Assembly (NCBI GenBank): GCA_963713865.1
Contig: OY970208.1
Coordinates: 768,001 to 832,000, forward strand
Direction of reading: 5' to 3'
Length of the DNA stretch: 64,000 nt
Source: an uncultured candidate division Zixibacteria bacterium
GTDB lineage: Bacteria > Zixibacteria > MSB-5A5 > RBG-16-43-9
A model generated the notes under the pieces. It had not been told where the DNA came from. It was given only the letters and a program-made list of their open reading frames with translations, and did not search any database. Every line of letters starts with the position of its first letter. Position 1 is the first letter of the stretch. Positions 21,393 through 32,200 of this stretch are shown piece by piece. The position numbers and the translations under genes were made by a program.

Positions 21393-21773
21393 TGGAGGCG
21401 GTGGGAATCGAACCCACGTCCGAAGATAAGAATCAAAGGACATCTACAGGCTTAGCTTAGTCTTTTCCCCTCCCACCAGAGGCAGGAGAGAATTTGTCCC
21501 GGGGAAGACCGACAAGCAGGTTTAACCCGGAACTATCCTGGTTTTATTTCGCCCTCTTCCCCCAGGAGTAAAAAGAAGGCTATCCTGTTTTTCTCGACGC
21601 CTTAGTCCAAGCCAACAGGCAGGCTCAGGTAAGACGAGCTACCTTTTATTAGGCAGCCAGTGCGTACGAATAGTCGTTTGCACTTAGATTTGTTCCCAAT
21701 GGATTAACGAGGTTACTGGGTACCTCGGCCTGCTTTCCTTTACCCTTAGTCCCCGTCGAAACCGATCGCCCCC
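21393..21773 (-). ncRNA. ssrA: tmRNA; tag peptide ANDYSYALAA (21649-21681)
   Basis: 5' GGGGGCGATCGGTTTCGAC; 3' GTGGGTTCGATTCCCACCGCCTCCA; resume codon GCA and tag ending in LAA followed by TAA TAA. Confidence 0.97.
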
Positions 21774-22304
21774 ATAAAGGTGGCTAACTTCTAATTAAAT
21801 ATACGCTTGAGATTTAATAAAACAACAATATTTTTTAACAGAGTGCTCAGCAAATGATTTTTTAGAGTGCGAACGATGCTCCGGCTGGATGTCCATTTGG
21901 ATCCATAGGATTCTCATCCAGCAGAGAAAGGCGGAAGATAACATCTGCCTGGGAGCGGATATTTATGCCCGAGAAAATAAAAATATAACATTTTGTTTAT
22001 CGGCGGGCTTCTGTTTTCTATTAGGTTGACACTGTATATCAGACCTGCGGTTGATTTGCATGACATAGGGCAATAGCCGGTCTGCTACGTAAAACACATA
22101 TCTTTATCCCCCTTTATAAAAGGGGGGACTTAGGGGGATTTTTCAAATACACCTCTATTGGTGAATCTTAAAGTCGTAGGAAAGGTGTGACCAACACCGG
22201 GCTCCTAACTTACCGTTGCTTAGACTGGTTTTTGTTGCGTATTATCAAAGTGACAGGTTTTTCGGATTGTGCAATAATGTGCTTCGGGACCACCAGGGTA
22301 AGTT

Positions 22305-23207
22305 TTGCATCGAGGATTTCTGTTACCCGGCACTGCGAAAGGACAAAAATTGACAGCTCCTACCTCGGCCATTATACTGATAGCGCTCCTAGGATTATTC
22401 CTGTTTTTTGCTTTGAGCAAAAGGCAATTTCGTAATTACCGGCGTAACCGACTTAAAAGCAAACCATTTCCGCCTGAATGGGAGGGCATCCTGAATCGGA
22501 ACGTTGTTCTTTATGGTTACCTTCCCGGCTCGCTAAAGAAAGAACTGCAAGGTCATATTCAAATCTTTTTGGGTGAAAAGATTTTTGAGGGATGCGGAGG
22601 GCTGGAAATAACCGACGAGATAAGAGTTACTATTGCAGCACAGGCGTGTATCTTATTGTTGAACCGGAAGCCCACCTACTATCCCACTCTTTACACCATT
22701 CTGGTATATCCCGGTGCTTATGTGGCTAAAAAAACCAAAGTTGTCGGTATGCAGCACTTTGAGGAGATGACTGTTCGTGCTGGAGAATCCTGGACCAGGG
22801 GGGAGGTCGTTCTGGCCTGGGATAATGTGAGGCAAGAGGCAATAGATCTTGCCGGGGGGCATAATGTGGTACTGCATGAATTTGCTCACCAGCTGGATCA
22901 AGAGGATGGAAGAGCAGACGGAGCCCCCATACTGGGGAAGCAAACCAGCTATAAGACCTGGGCTCGGGTCTTGAGTAAGGAATATCAAGATTTAAAGCGA
23001 AAAGCCCTCTCCGGCAGGCCTGATATTATGGATGCTTATGGAGCAACAAACCCGGCTGAGTTTTTTGCAGTCGCCACCGAAACTTTCTTTGAAAGACCAA
23101 AACAAATGAAACTCTCACATCGTGAACTCTATGAAGAACTGGAAAGTTACTATGGGCTGGATCCATTGAAGTGGTTTAATAAGGAAAACCAATACGATAA
23201 AGAGTAG
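22305..23207 (+). CDS. MtfA-like zinc peptidase (M90)
   Basis: IAAQAC, GESW, HEFAHQLD, YGATNPAEFFAV; likely start near TTG 22350. Confidence 0.9.
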   Translation: MHRGFLLPGTAKGQKLTAPTSAIILIALLGLFLFFALSKRQFRNYRRNRLKSKPFPPEWEGILNRNVVLYGYLPGSLKKELQGHIQIFLGEKIFEGCGGLEITDEIRVTIAAQACILLLNRKPTYYPTLYTILVYPGAYVAKKTKVVGMQHFEEMTVRAGESWTRGEVVLAWDNVRQEAIDLAGGHNVVLHEFAHQLDQEDGRADGAPILGKQTSYKTWARVLSKEYQDLKRKALSGRPDIMDAYGATNPAEFFAVATETFFERPKQMKLSHRELYEELESYYGLDPLKWFNKENQYDKE

Positions 23208-23414
23208 CGTCAGGAGCCTGGGACTCCTGACATACCGCCTGTCCTACCAGCTGGACTTACTGGTGTTTGTTTTTAATTTTGTTTAGCCATCCTGCGGGCA
23301 TGAATTCTGTGCATGCATCATATATTCATTCCCCATAAACGGTGGAGCTATTTTTTTCACCATTAAAGTTATAGTTCGAAGCTCACCATAAATGGAATTG
23401 CCTAGATTAGTGCT

Positions 23415-23486
23415 CTGTAACGATAAAGCTCACTTGCCGCTATGGAGCGTAGCGGAATTGCCGTCCGGTGTAGCGCCTTGTTAGAT
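23415..23486 (-). mobile_element. Integron attC site (after R-M cassette)
   Basis: Minus strand ATCTAAC...imperfect palindrome...GTTACAG; ATCTAAC is complementary to GTTAGAT at this cassette's start (26180-26186). Confidence 0.88.
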
Positions 23487-23510
23487 TGAGATCTTAAATT
23501 TATACCAACT

Positions 23511-24617
23511 TTACTTAACTACAAATATTACGTCGGTCAAAGCAGTAAATGTCTGTGGCTTGTTTTTGTACTTAAAAACAATTTTTAAGTCGGAAATCTT
23601 TTTCTTGGCAAAGTTATCTAAGTAATCTTTGATGACCGGTTTTAGCAACTCCATATTTCGCTTCAACTTCCATGAACCGGTGAAGTCTTCAGTGTCAACG
23701 AGCACCAGAAAGAGCCTGTTTTCAGATCCGAAGCGCGGTTCACTCTGATTTTCATATAGCCATTTTGCGAGTATGTGGGGATTTTGTTGGGCTTGCTTTA
23801 GAATTTGCACCTTTTCATTCTTGAGTGTTTCAATCACATTCTTGCATTCCTTAGTACCCTTGTCTTTCATTTTTTCAATAATTTCATAATAGATGTCCGT
23901 TTGTTTAGCTTTTTTGTCAAAGTCAATTTCTAATTTTCTTGCCTTTGCCTTTAAATAGGTAATCTCAACTGGGAATCCAAACTTTTCTCTCTTTTTCTTG
24001 ATATATTCTGCTGGTAGGTATGTCACCTTCAAATCTATTGGGACATTACCAATAAAGAAATCAACATGCTTTATTTGGCCCACTGCAGGTAACACAGCTT
24101 TATGGGATTTGAATATATGTTCAATGAGAATACTTGACCAGTGATTGTACCAGCTGTTAAGTACATACCCCTGCACTGCTGTGCTTATTTCAGTATCAAA
24201 CTTTGATACGAGAGTATCATAAGACTGGATAACCTTAACATATCGGCTTACAAGATATTTGTCGAGAGAATTCTGATAATCACCACCCCAATCAAACGTC
24301 TTCAGTTTATAAAGTTCAGATACAAGTTTCTTCGTGTCCAACGCAGCCAAAAGGCTTTTATTCTTCTTTTTGAAGTATTTATCCAGGATGCTATGAGATT
24401 GCATGGGATACATCGAGAGATAATTATAGAGCTCAAGGAATTGCTTACTTAGTGAAGTTTCCTTAAGTCCTATTTTGTTCTCGGACACAAACTCGGAGAT
24501 TATTTTTTTTCGCACAATCGATTTTACTTTTAGCCAAAGAAGACCTTTTGTGTCTGAACTGAATTCTTCCAGTTTTTCACTTTCATGCAATTTCTTCCAG
24601 TAATTGAAGGATTTCAT
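23511..24617 (-). CDS. Putative type II restriction endonuclease
   Basis: VDFFIGNVPIDLKVT (PD-D/ExK-like); 11 bp downstream of a DNA methyltransferase in the same cassette. Confidence 0.7.
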   Translation of the reverse strand: MKSFNYWKKLHESEKLEEFSSDTKGLLWLKVKSIVRKKIISEFVSENKIGLKETSLSKQFLELYNYLSMYPMQSHSILDKYFKKKNKSLLAALDTKKLVSELYKLKTFDWGGDYQNSLDKYLVSRYVKVIQSYDTLVSKFDTEISTAVQGYVLNSWYNHWSSILIEHIFKSHKAVLPAVGQIKHVDFFIGNVPIDLKVTYLPAEYIKKKREKFGFPVEITYLKAKARKLEIDFDKKAKQTDIYYEIIEKMKDKGTKECKNVIETLKNEKVQILKQAQQNPHILAKWLYENQSEPRFGSENRLFLVLVDTEDFTGSWKLKRNMELLKPVIKDYLDNFAKKKISDLKIVFKYKNKPQTFTALTDVIFVVK

Positions 24618-24628
24618 TTTTTATACTC

Positions 24629-26140
24629 TTATTCCTTTTCCGGGAAACGAGATGACCACCCTGGGATGTTAAAAAAGGCTTTTGATAATCGATATTCACC
24701 ATTGTCTTGACGCTTCTGATATAAGATCACAAAGTCGTTTTTCATGGCACCTTTGCGATTATCTTGCACAACAGATGTGGCCGAGTAAGCCATAGGGAAA
24801 CAACCGACAAACTTGAGGGAATCGGATGTCTTTTCAATGCGTTTTAGATACTGCCAGCTTTCTTCGTCTCGCGCATTAAAATACAGAGCTATGTAACCAT
24901 TTTTCTTGAGGACTCGAGATGCTTCTGTAAAAAACTCTGTCATCTCTGCATTGTAGACACTTTTTGATTTTTGACGTTCCTTTGCATTGGATACGACAAT
25001 TTCCCTATCGAAATCGACCTTATAGCCCAACAAGGAATTCCACAATTCACTTAACTCAAGATACGGGACGCGGTCACTATGAGGGGGATCTGTACAAACG
25101 AACGAGACGCTTTCTGTTGGTATCTTCATAAGCGTTAACCTACAATCCGCATTCATAAGCCATGCGTCAAATGCAGAGGAACCAATAGATGAAGGTTCAT
25201 TCGAGATGGCGTAGATGGACTGTATCTGTTGTGGAAGAGTCTTTAGCAGTTTATTCGCCCGATTTTTGAAGCAATTCCATACATTGATTTCAAAATGCGT
25301 ATTGGGTAGCCAGAAACCAATAACCCAGCTACCAACCTCTATTTTGTTCCCATTCCCGTTTCTCTTGCCATTACTTCGGTTTTTGATGGCAAATACCATG
25401 TTTGACATTTGACCGACCGAAGATGTCAGAGTAAGAAGAAGTGCTCGTTTCAGGTGTAATGGATATTTGGAGATGGTTTCAATTAGCAAGTCAATATTAC
25501 GCATTGCTCTACCAGTGAATATATCACTGACTGACATTGACGGTTTAACATTTATGCGAGAATTCGTGAAGAAACTGAGATCCCTGAAATGTTTCGGCCT
25601 ATAATCTTGGTACGCCGAGAAAGAACTCAAGTCATTCGGAGAAGGCTCAATCTCAATCCGATTTCTACCGGTTTCTGGCTTAATCCATATTGAGACGATT
25701 TTGTCCTTTTCCCAGAGGTAATGGGATGCAATACGGTTATCAGAGGTTTTGTACGTACTATTGATTTTCTCGGCTACACTTTGTTCAATTTCAATCAATG
25801 CCTGATAATACTCTTGATCAGATGGAAGATTAAGCAAGAAAAATGTGTGCTCAATAGAGAAAGGATTGATATCAATGCCGATGAACCGCCTATTTCTTTC
25901 TAAACACTCTCGAGCAATTAATCCTGATCCAAGAAACGGATCCATCACGATATCGCTCTTGCTGGTGCAATTCTCAACAAGGTAAGACAGGCTTTCAGTG
26001 GGTTTCTTCCCCCAGTATTTATGAAAACCTGATAAACCAGTATAGGTTTCAGGGTTCACAAAATCTGCAACACTGGTTGGCGTTGTTGGTGTTGGAAAAA
26101 GGTTCATTTGTATTGTTTCTGATGGTTTGGTAAATGTCAT
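24629..26140 (-). CDS. Amino (N6-A/N4-C) DNA methyltransferase
   Basis: HKYWGKKP, motif I DPFLGSG, motif IV variant TDPPH. Confidence 0.88.
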   Translation of the reverse strand: MTFTKPSETIQMNLFPTPTTPTSVADFVNPETYTGLSGFHKYWGKKPTESLSYLVENCTSKSDIVMDPFLGSGLIARECLERNRRFIGIDINPFSIEHTFFLLNLPSDQEYYQALIEIEQSVAEKINSTYKTSDNRIASHYLWEKDKIVSIWIKPETGRNRIEIEPSPNDLSSFSAYQDYRPKHFRDLSFFTNSRINVKPSMSVSDIFTGRAMRNIDLLIETISKYPLHLKRALLLTLTSSVGQMSNMVFAIKNRSNGKRNGNGNKIEVGSWVIGFWLPNTHFEINVWNCFKNRANKLLKTLPQQIQSIYAISNEPSSIGSSAFDAWLMNADCRLTLMKIPTESVSFVCTDPPHSDRVPYLELSELWNSLLGYKVDFDREIVVSNAKERQKSKSVYNAEMTEFFTEASRVLKKNGYIALYFNARDEESWQYLKRIEKTSDSLKFVGCFPMAYSATSVVQDNRKGAMKNDFVILYQKRQDNGEYRLSKAFFNIPGWSSRFPEKE

Positions 26141-26179
26141 TGATGTTTCCTATTCATTTTTCCTGCCGTCTCTAATGTA

Positions 26180-26338
26180 ATCTAACGGATGGCAACTAAG
26201 CTGAGGCAACGATACCTTAAAATGTAACGTTGCATAAATCGACTTCCATGTTGATTACTTTCCAATTTCACAACACCTCTACACACCATGCACAAATACA
26301 CCTACGCTCATTCCGTCAGCTTGAGTTTCTGGTTAGGC
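26180..26338 (-). mobile_element. Integron attC site (after HEPN-like cassette)
   Basis: Minus strand GCCTAAC..CAAGCTGA...TCAGCTTAG..CCGTTAGAT; TCGCCGCCTAAC is complementary to GTTAGGCGGCGA at the cassette start. Confidence 0.8.
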
Positions 26339-26348
26339 GGCGAATTGA

Positions 26349-27167
26349 TTATGTTGTTAATCCTGCACATTTGAGATAACTTCGGAAGAGAGATTCGTCA
26401 AATCCGCTATAACCATTTGATGATTTTTCTTCAAGTGCGGTAAGTGTTTCTCGCAATTGATCACAGGATAATTTCGAAAGAAAAACCTTCCGTACAGTTG
26501 CCTCGGTCTTCGAAGAGGGAACGATAACTCCAAGCCACGGCTTTGCATCAAAGCGTGCAATTACACATAAAAGATCAGACCATCCGTTGAACCAGCATTT
26601 ATCTCCATCAGGACCAACTGAATAACCACCCAAGAACGACCCGAAAAATGCGGGTGCCCAATAAGAATCATACTTGGCGACACAGTTCTCTATTGTTGCG
26701 CGAATCAGATGCACCGTATCTTGTACATCACTTAAAGCAATTTGCTCATAACTATGCTCGACGCGGTTCCGACGATCTACAGCACGACCCAAAGCCTGAG
26801 CGGCTAAATCGTCGAAGATGCCGCGGCTCACCAATAATTTTGCTTTACCGTCTGCATCATGCGGTATGTCAGAACAAAAAATGAATCCATCGCGAAGTAG
26901 ATATTGATCGGCTAGGCAAGACAAACTGCGACGCGCGTTCATTAAAGCACTTACAGAAAAACGACATTTTTGATCGTTGACTAAAGTAGCAGAAGTAGCT
27001 TCGATGTCTTGAATTGCCCATTTTAGAAATGTTTCGTATCCGAGACCTAATTGTGTAATGCGAATAACAGTCTTCGGACGTAACTTCGGGATAGTTTGGA
27101 TTGCTGACGCAAGGTCTTTAGGATCCATACTTTCGATTTTACATACTGGTGTAAGTATTGTCTCCAT
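26349..27167 (-). CDS. HEPN-like domain protein (cassette gene)
   Basis: Helical N-half with RNRVEH (Rx4H) motif; bounded by integron recombination sites. Confidence 0.6.
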   Translation of the reverse strand: METILTPVCKIESMDPKDLASAIQTIPKLRPKTVIRITQLGLGYETFLKWAIQDIEATSATLVNDQKCRFSVSALMNARRSLSCLADQYLLRDGFIFCSDIPHDADGKAKLLVSRGIFDDLAAQALGRAVDRRNRVEHSYEQIALSDVQDTVHLIRATIENCVAKYDSYWAPAFFGSFLGGYSVGPDGDKCWFNGWSDLLCVIARFDAKPWLGVIVPSSKTEATVRKVFLSKLSCDQLRETLTALEEKSSNGYSGFDESLFRSYLKCAGLTT

Positions 27168-27181
27168 GTTCTTTTATCGCC

Positions 27182-27250
27182 GCCTAACAGTGATTATGCA
27201 GTCTGTATAAATCAACAAAGACGGACTGCTCGTTTCTGTATAATACATCG
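27182..27250 (-). mobile_element. Putative attI site of integron remnant 1
   Basis: GTTAGGC core at 27182-27188 preceded by direct repeats TTATACAGA; lies between the intI stop and the first cassette. Confidence 0.6.
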
Positions 27251-27372
27251 GTTAAAAACAAAGCCAAGTGTTTTAACTTGTCCACAGGATCCAAATTCGG
27301 ACCTAATATTAGTGTCTTGCATGATTCACTTGCTTTATTACTCTCCGGCTTATACAGCCCGTATAAACAGGT

Positions 27373-27607
27373 TCAGAGCCTATCAAAGAGACTCTTCACG
27401 CCATGTCCTCCTTTGTTAAGAACATGGGTATAGATCATCGTCTGAAGCGAATAAATCGTTTAATCCACAGGCAATAAGTCTGCTCGGTTCCCCCGCCGCC
27501 GGGCGGCTGTAATGGCGGGAACGTAGCACCTGCCGCAGCTGATCCATCAATTTTGGCGGCTGTAGGGCACTTAGTATAGCAACTCTCACTTGATCGTTGG
27601 TGCTCAT
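27373..27607 (-). pseudogene. intI: Integron integrase with large internal deletion
   Basis: N-term PKLMDQLRQVLRSRHYSR / TEQTYCLWIKRFIRF joined directly to C-term TMIYTHVLNKGGHGVKSLFDRL*. Confidence 0.9.
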
Positions 27608-27665
27608 TGTGTATTTCCGAGACATGTCTTTTTTCTCGCTCCCCTCCATATCGCACGCATCCTTT

Positions 27666-27822
27666 ACTCCCCAACCCGAGATACCCCAGCATATATTGCT
27701 TGCCACCGATTTCTGGGGGAACCCAGTATATTTATTTAAGGCATTATAATTATTTATTCAACCTTGTCAAGCATTTTTCTTGGGAATATCCCTGATGAGA
27801 TTTGAAATCAAGCCTACAAAAA
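27666..27822 (-). repeat. 157-bp module duplicated at 37434-37590
   Basis: Colinear high similarity by manual alignment; contains a promoter and a conserved leader. Confidence 0.9.
27743..27770 (-). promoter_or_regulatory. Sigma70 promoter TTGACA-16-TATAAT pointing to intI and the cassettes
   Basis: Perfect consensus hexamers, conserved in the second copy. Confidence 0.8.
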
Positions 27823-28153
27823 CCCACATCCTTTGAGCATCACTTTGACTGTATCTAAACATCCTTCATGTGTCTGTCGGGTCCCCCGACCCGAAAGCTA
27901 TTATTATTTCCCGCCAGGTCACAGGGGATACATCTGCACTCATACGAGCCTGGCGGTCACGGAGAATTTTTGGGATTGCTTCGTCGTCCCCGCAGGGGAC
28001 TCCTCGCAATGACATTTTTTATACTCTCTATCAAGGGGGACATAAAAACACCCTCTTGGCAAGTGGGGATAAAGGGGGGTTAGAAAACAGAACTTGTGCC
28101 AAAACAGTTAGCAAACAACTTTCAACCAAACGCCGTTTATAGTAGAGAAATGA

Positions 28154-29266
28154 TTGAAAAATTCGATTTTTAAAAACTGTAGTGAAATGATGGGGAAAAA
28201 AATAAAAATCCTAAAGTTTTGTTTATTTTTGCTGGTATTCACATACCTGTTAATTTGCGCTTGCAAAAGCGGAAAGGGTTCTCCTTCCCGGCGCGAATCC
28301 GGTAGATCAGAAGCAAGGGTGCCTGTAGATGCAATGGTGGTCCAGCCGCAGCTTCTCGACAACCGGATATTTACCACCGGAACTCTCCTGGCTAACGAGG
28401 AGGTTCAACTGCAGCCCGAGATCGCCGGAAGAGTTACTGACGTTCTCTTCACCGAAGGAGGCAGGGTAAAAAAGGGACAGGTGCTCATAAAGCTCAATGA
28501 CCTCGATCTCAAAGCCCAGCTTAAGGGGAAGGAGATCGAAGAAAAGCAAGCCTCCGATTTGGAAGCCCGCGAGCGCCAGCTTTTCGAGATCAAGGGAATA
28601 AGCCAGGAGGAATACGACAGGGTTACCAACGCCCTCAATATGATCAAAGCCCAGAAGGAAGTCATCCAGGCTCAGGTAGCCGAAATGGAGATAGTTGCGC
28701 CTTTTGACGGGATAATCGGGCTGAGATATGTCAGCCAGGGAAGTTACGTTTCCACGGATATGGTGGTGGCGACCATGCAGGACATTGACCCTATAAAAGT
28801 CGAATTTTCCGTGCCGGAAAAATACGTAAAGCAGATAAAAAAAGGAACCGGAATCACGGTTCTGATGGGCGATTCCGGAAAAGAATATAAGGGTTTGGTC
28901 TACGCGGTGGAATCAAAAATAGACTTAGCCACCCGAACCATCAAAGCGCGGGCTAAAATCCCCAATCCCAAAGGGGATCTGATTCCCGGCTCTTTTGTTA
29001 AGGTCGATATTACGCTCGAACAGTTTCCCGATGCCATAGTGATTCCTTCGGAATCGGTCATCCCGGAGATGAATGGAGAAAAGGTCTTTATCTGCGTCAA
29101 CGGAAAGGTCCGCTCGGTCCCGGTCAAAACCGGCATCCGGACCGAAACCAGCATCCAGATAGTCGAAGGATTAAATCCGCAGGATACTCTTATTCTCACC
29201 GGCTTGCTTCAGCTGTCCGACGGCAAAGCGGTTGAGATAAGAGACCTCCAAAACACTCAAAAGTAG
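28154..29266 (+). CDS. RND efflux periplasmic adaptor (MFP)
   Basis: EIAGRV...VKKGQVL, APFDG, IDLATRT; precedes an RND transporter; start probably near 28188. Confidence 0.93.
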   Translation: MKNSIFKNCSEMMGKKIKILKFCLFLLVFTYLLICACKSGKGSPSRRESGRSEARVPVDAMVVQPQLLDNRIFTTGTLLANEEVQLQPEIAGRVTDVLFTEGGRVKKGQVLIKLNDLDLKAQLKGKEIEEKQASDLEARERQLFEIKGISQEEYDRVTNALNMIKAQKEVIQAQVAEMEIVAPFDGIIGLRYVSQGSYVSTDMVVATMQDIDPIKVEFSVPEKYVKQIKKGTGITVLMGDSGKEYKGLVYAVESKIDLATRTIKARAKIPNPKGDLIPGSFVKVDITLEQFPDAIVIPSESVIPEMNGEKVFICVNGKVRSVPVKTGIRTETSIQIVEGLNPQDTLILTGLLQLSDGKAVEIRDLQNTQK

Positions 29267-29272
29267 CCCTCC

Positions 29273-32200
29273 ATGAACCTGCCGTCTATATGCATTAATC
29301 GCCCCGTTCTTTCCATAGTATTGTCTCTCTTGATAGTCCTGTTTGGGGTAATCGGTTACACTTATCTGGGAGTGCGCGAGTATCCCAATGTCGACCCTCC
29401 GGTCGTTACGGTAAGCACCAGTTATACTGGCGCTAACGCTGACGTGATCGAGTCGCAGGTTACTGAGCCGCTGGAGGAGTCGATCAACGGCATTGCGGGC
29501 ATTCGCTCGCTCACCTCCTCGAGCAGCGACGGCAGAAGCAGGATCACGGTCGAATTCGAGTTGGGCATCGATATGGAGGCGGCGGCCAACGACGTACGAG
29601 ATAAGGTCTCCAGAGCCATACACGATCTTCCGCCGGACATCGATCCTCCCACTGTATCCAAAGCGGATGCGGATGCCAGCCCGATCGTCTCGATTACCGT
29701 CCAGAGCGACAAGCGCAGCCTTCTGGAGCTATCGGCTCTGGCTAACGACTTATTCAAGGAGCGCCTGCAGACCATACCCGGGGTCAGCGAGGTCGGCATC
29801 TGGGGCGAAAAAAGATACGCCATCAAACTGCTCATTGACCCGGCACGCCTGGCTTCACAGGGTTTGACACCTTTGGACGTAAAGAATGCCCTGGACCGTG
29901 AAAATGTCGAACTGCCTTCCGGTCGCATCGAAGGGTATAACACGGAGCTGCCCATCCGGACTTTCGGCCGGCTGTCCACACCGGAAGAATTCAACCAGCT
30001 CATAATCAAGGAGGCAAACGGGTCGGTGGTCAGGCTTAGAGACGTGGGCAGAGCCGTTCTGACCGCGGAAAATGAGCGCTCCATCATGCTCGGCAACGGC
30101 AGTATTCCAATGGTAGCAGTTGTCCTGGTTCCCCAGTCCGGATCAAACCAGATTGCCATTGCCAACGCGTTCTACAGCCGTTTGGAGCAGATAAAAAAAG
30201 ACCTGCCGGAAGATATCAAAGTCACCATCGCCATGGACAGCACGAGAAACATCCGCAAAGCGATTAGCGAGGTTATCGAAACCCTCCTGATCGCATTCAT
30301 TCTGGTATTGCTGGTGATTTTCATTTTCCTGCGCCACTGGCGGACAACCATCATCCCCATGCTGGCCATTCCCATTTCGCTCATCGGTGCCTTCTTTATC
30401 ATGTACATTGCCGGCTTCTCCATCAACATCCTCACCTTGCTTGCCATCGTGCTGTCTACCGGTATCGTGGTGGACGATGCCATCGTGGTGCTGGAAAACA
30501 TCTACAAGAGAATCGAGAAGGGCATGAATCCGCTTGAAGCCGGGTTCCAGGGGTCGAAGGAGATTTACTTTGCGATCATCTCCACCACCATTACGCTGGC
30601 TTCCGTGTTCCTTCCCATCATGTTCCTGCAGGGTCTTACCGGACGCTTGTTCAGGGAATTCGGGGTGGTCGTGGCCGGTGCGGTCTTGATTTCCGCATTC
30701 GTGTCCCTTACCCTGACTCCGATGATGAGCGCCCGGATCCTGCATAAAACCAAACATGAGAACAAACTGTTTAAACTAAGCGAGAAATGGTTCAATCGGC
30801 TGATCTCGGGTTATCACCAAACGCTGCGCCGGTTCATCTCCAGGAGATGGTTAGCACTGGTGATAATGGCGGCTTCGGTGGCGATCATTTTTGGACTGGG
30901 ATCACTGCTCCGCTCGGAGCTGGCTCCCATGGAAGACAAGAGCCGCTTGATGGTCAGTTCCACTGCCCCGGAGGGAACGTCGTATGAGGCGATGTACGAC
31001 TATATGGGAAAGATCATGGCTATTGTCGATACGCTGCCGGAGAAGGACGTGATTATTTCGGTAACCGGCGGCGGAATGGGTGGAGGTTCGAACAGCGGTT
31101 TTGTCATGGTCGGTCTGGTGTCCCCAGATGCCCGAAAGCGGAGCCAGCAGGAGATTGCCGATGCGCTTACCCGGGAACTCAAGAACTATACCTTTGCCAG
31201 AACTTACGTGACCCAGGAACAGACTATCGGAGGTGGTCGGGGTAGAGGACTGCCGGTACAGTATGTCATCCAGTCACCGACGTTAGAAAAGTTAAAAGAG
31301 GTGCTGCCGCGCTTTATGGATAAGGTTCAGAACGATCCGGTGTTTCAGGTCGCGGATCTGGATCTGAAATTCAACAAGCCGGAATTAACCGTCGAAATTG
31401 ACCGGGAACGGGCCCGGGCACTGGGCGTTACGGTCAGGGATATTGCCCAGACCCTACAGCTTTATTTCAGCGGACAACAATACGGGAACTTCGTTATGAA
31501 TGGCAAACAGTATTACGTGATTGCGCAAGCGGACCGGGCGGATCGCGATGAGCCGCTGGATTTAAACTCCCTCTATGTCCGGAATAGCCGCGGAGAACTG
31601 GTCCAGCTCGACAACATAGTGAAGCTGTCCTACCGGAGCAACCCGCCGCAGCTCTATCATTTCAACCGCTACGTGGCCGCAACGGTTTTAGCGTCTACGG
31701 CCAAGGGATACACTCTGGGTGACGGGATCAAAGAGATGGACAAAATCGCCTCCAGCACGCTTGATGAGTCGTTTTCCACCAGCCTAGCCGGCACGGCCAA
31801 AGAATACGTGGAAAGCTCGAACACTCTGGTTTTCGCATTTTTGCTGGCATTGATTTTAGTATATCTTATCCTGTCAGCGCAATTCGAGAGTTTTCGTGAC
31901 CCGCTGATCATCATGTTCACCGTGCCGCTGGCCCTGGCCGGGGCAATTCTGTCGCTCTGGCTGTTCGGCCAGACACTAAACATCTTCAGCCAGATAGGAA
32001 TTATCGCTCTGGTGGGGATAGTGACCAAGAACGGTATCCTGATCGTTGAATTCGCCAATCAACGCCGAGCTAAAGGACTGTCGATCAGGGAAGCGGTGAT
32101 CGACGCCGCATCCCAGCGATTCCGGCCGATCCTGATGACCAGTCTGGCAACGGTCTTCGGCATTCTGCCGATCGCCCTGGGACTTGGTGCTGCGGCCAAA

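Noticed and set aside
27200-27372. LexA SOS boxes near attI
   Set aside because: CTGTATAA half-sites occur, but there is no complete CTGT-N8-ACAG, and the LexA motif of this lineage is unknown to me
27416-27706. ORFs of 96 aa and 85 aa as real genes
   Set aside because: They are chimeric frames across the deleted intI and its leader
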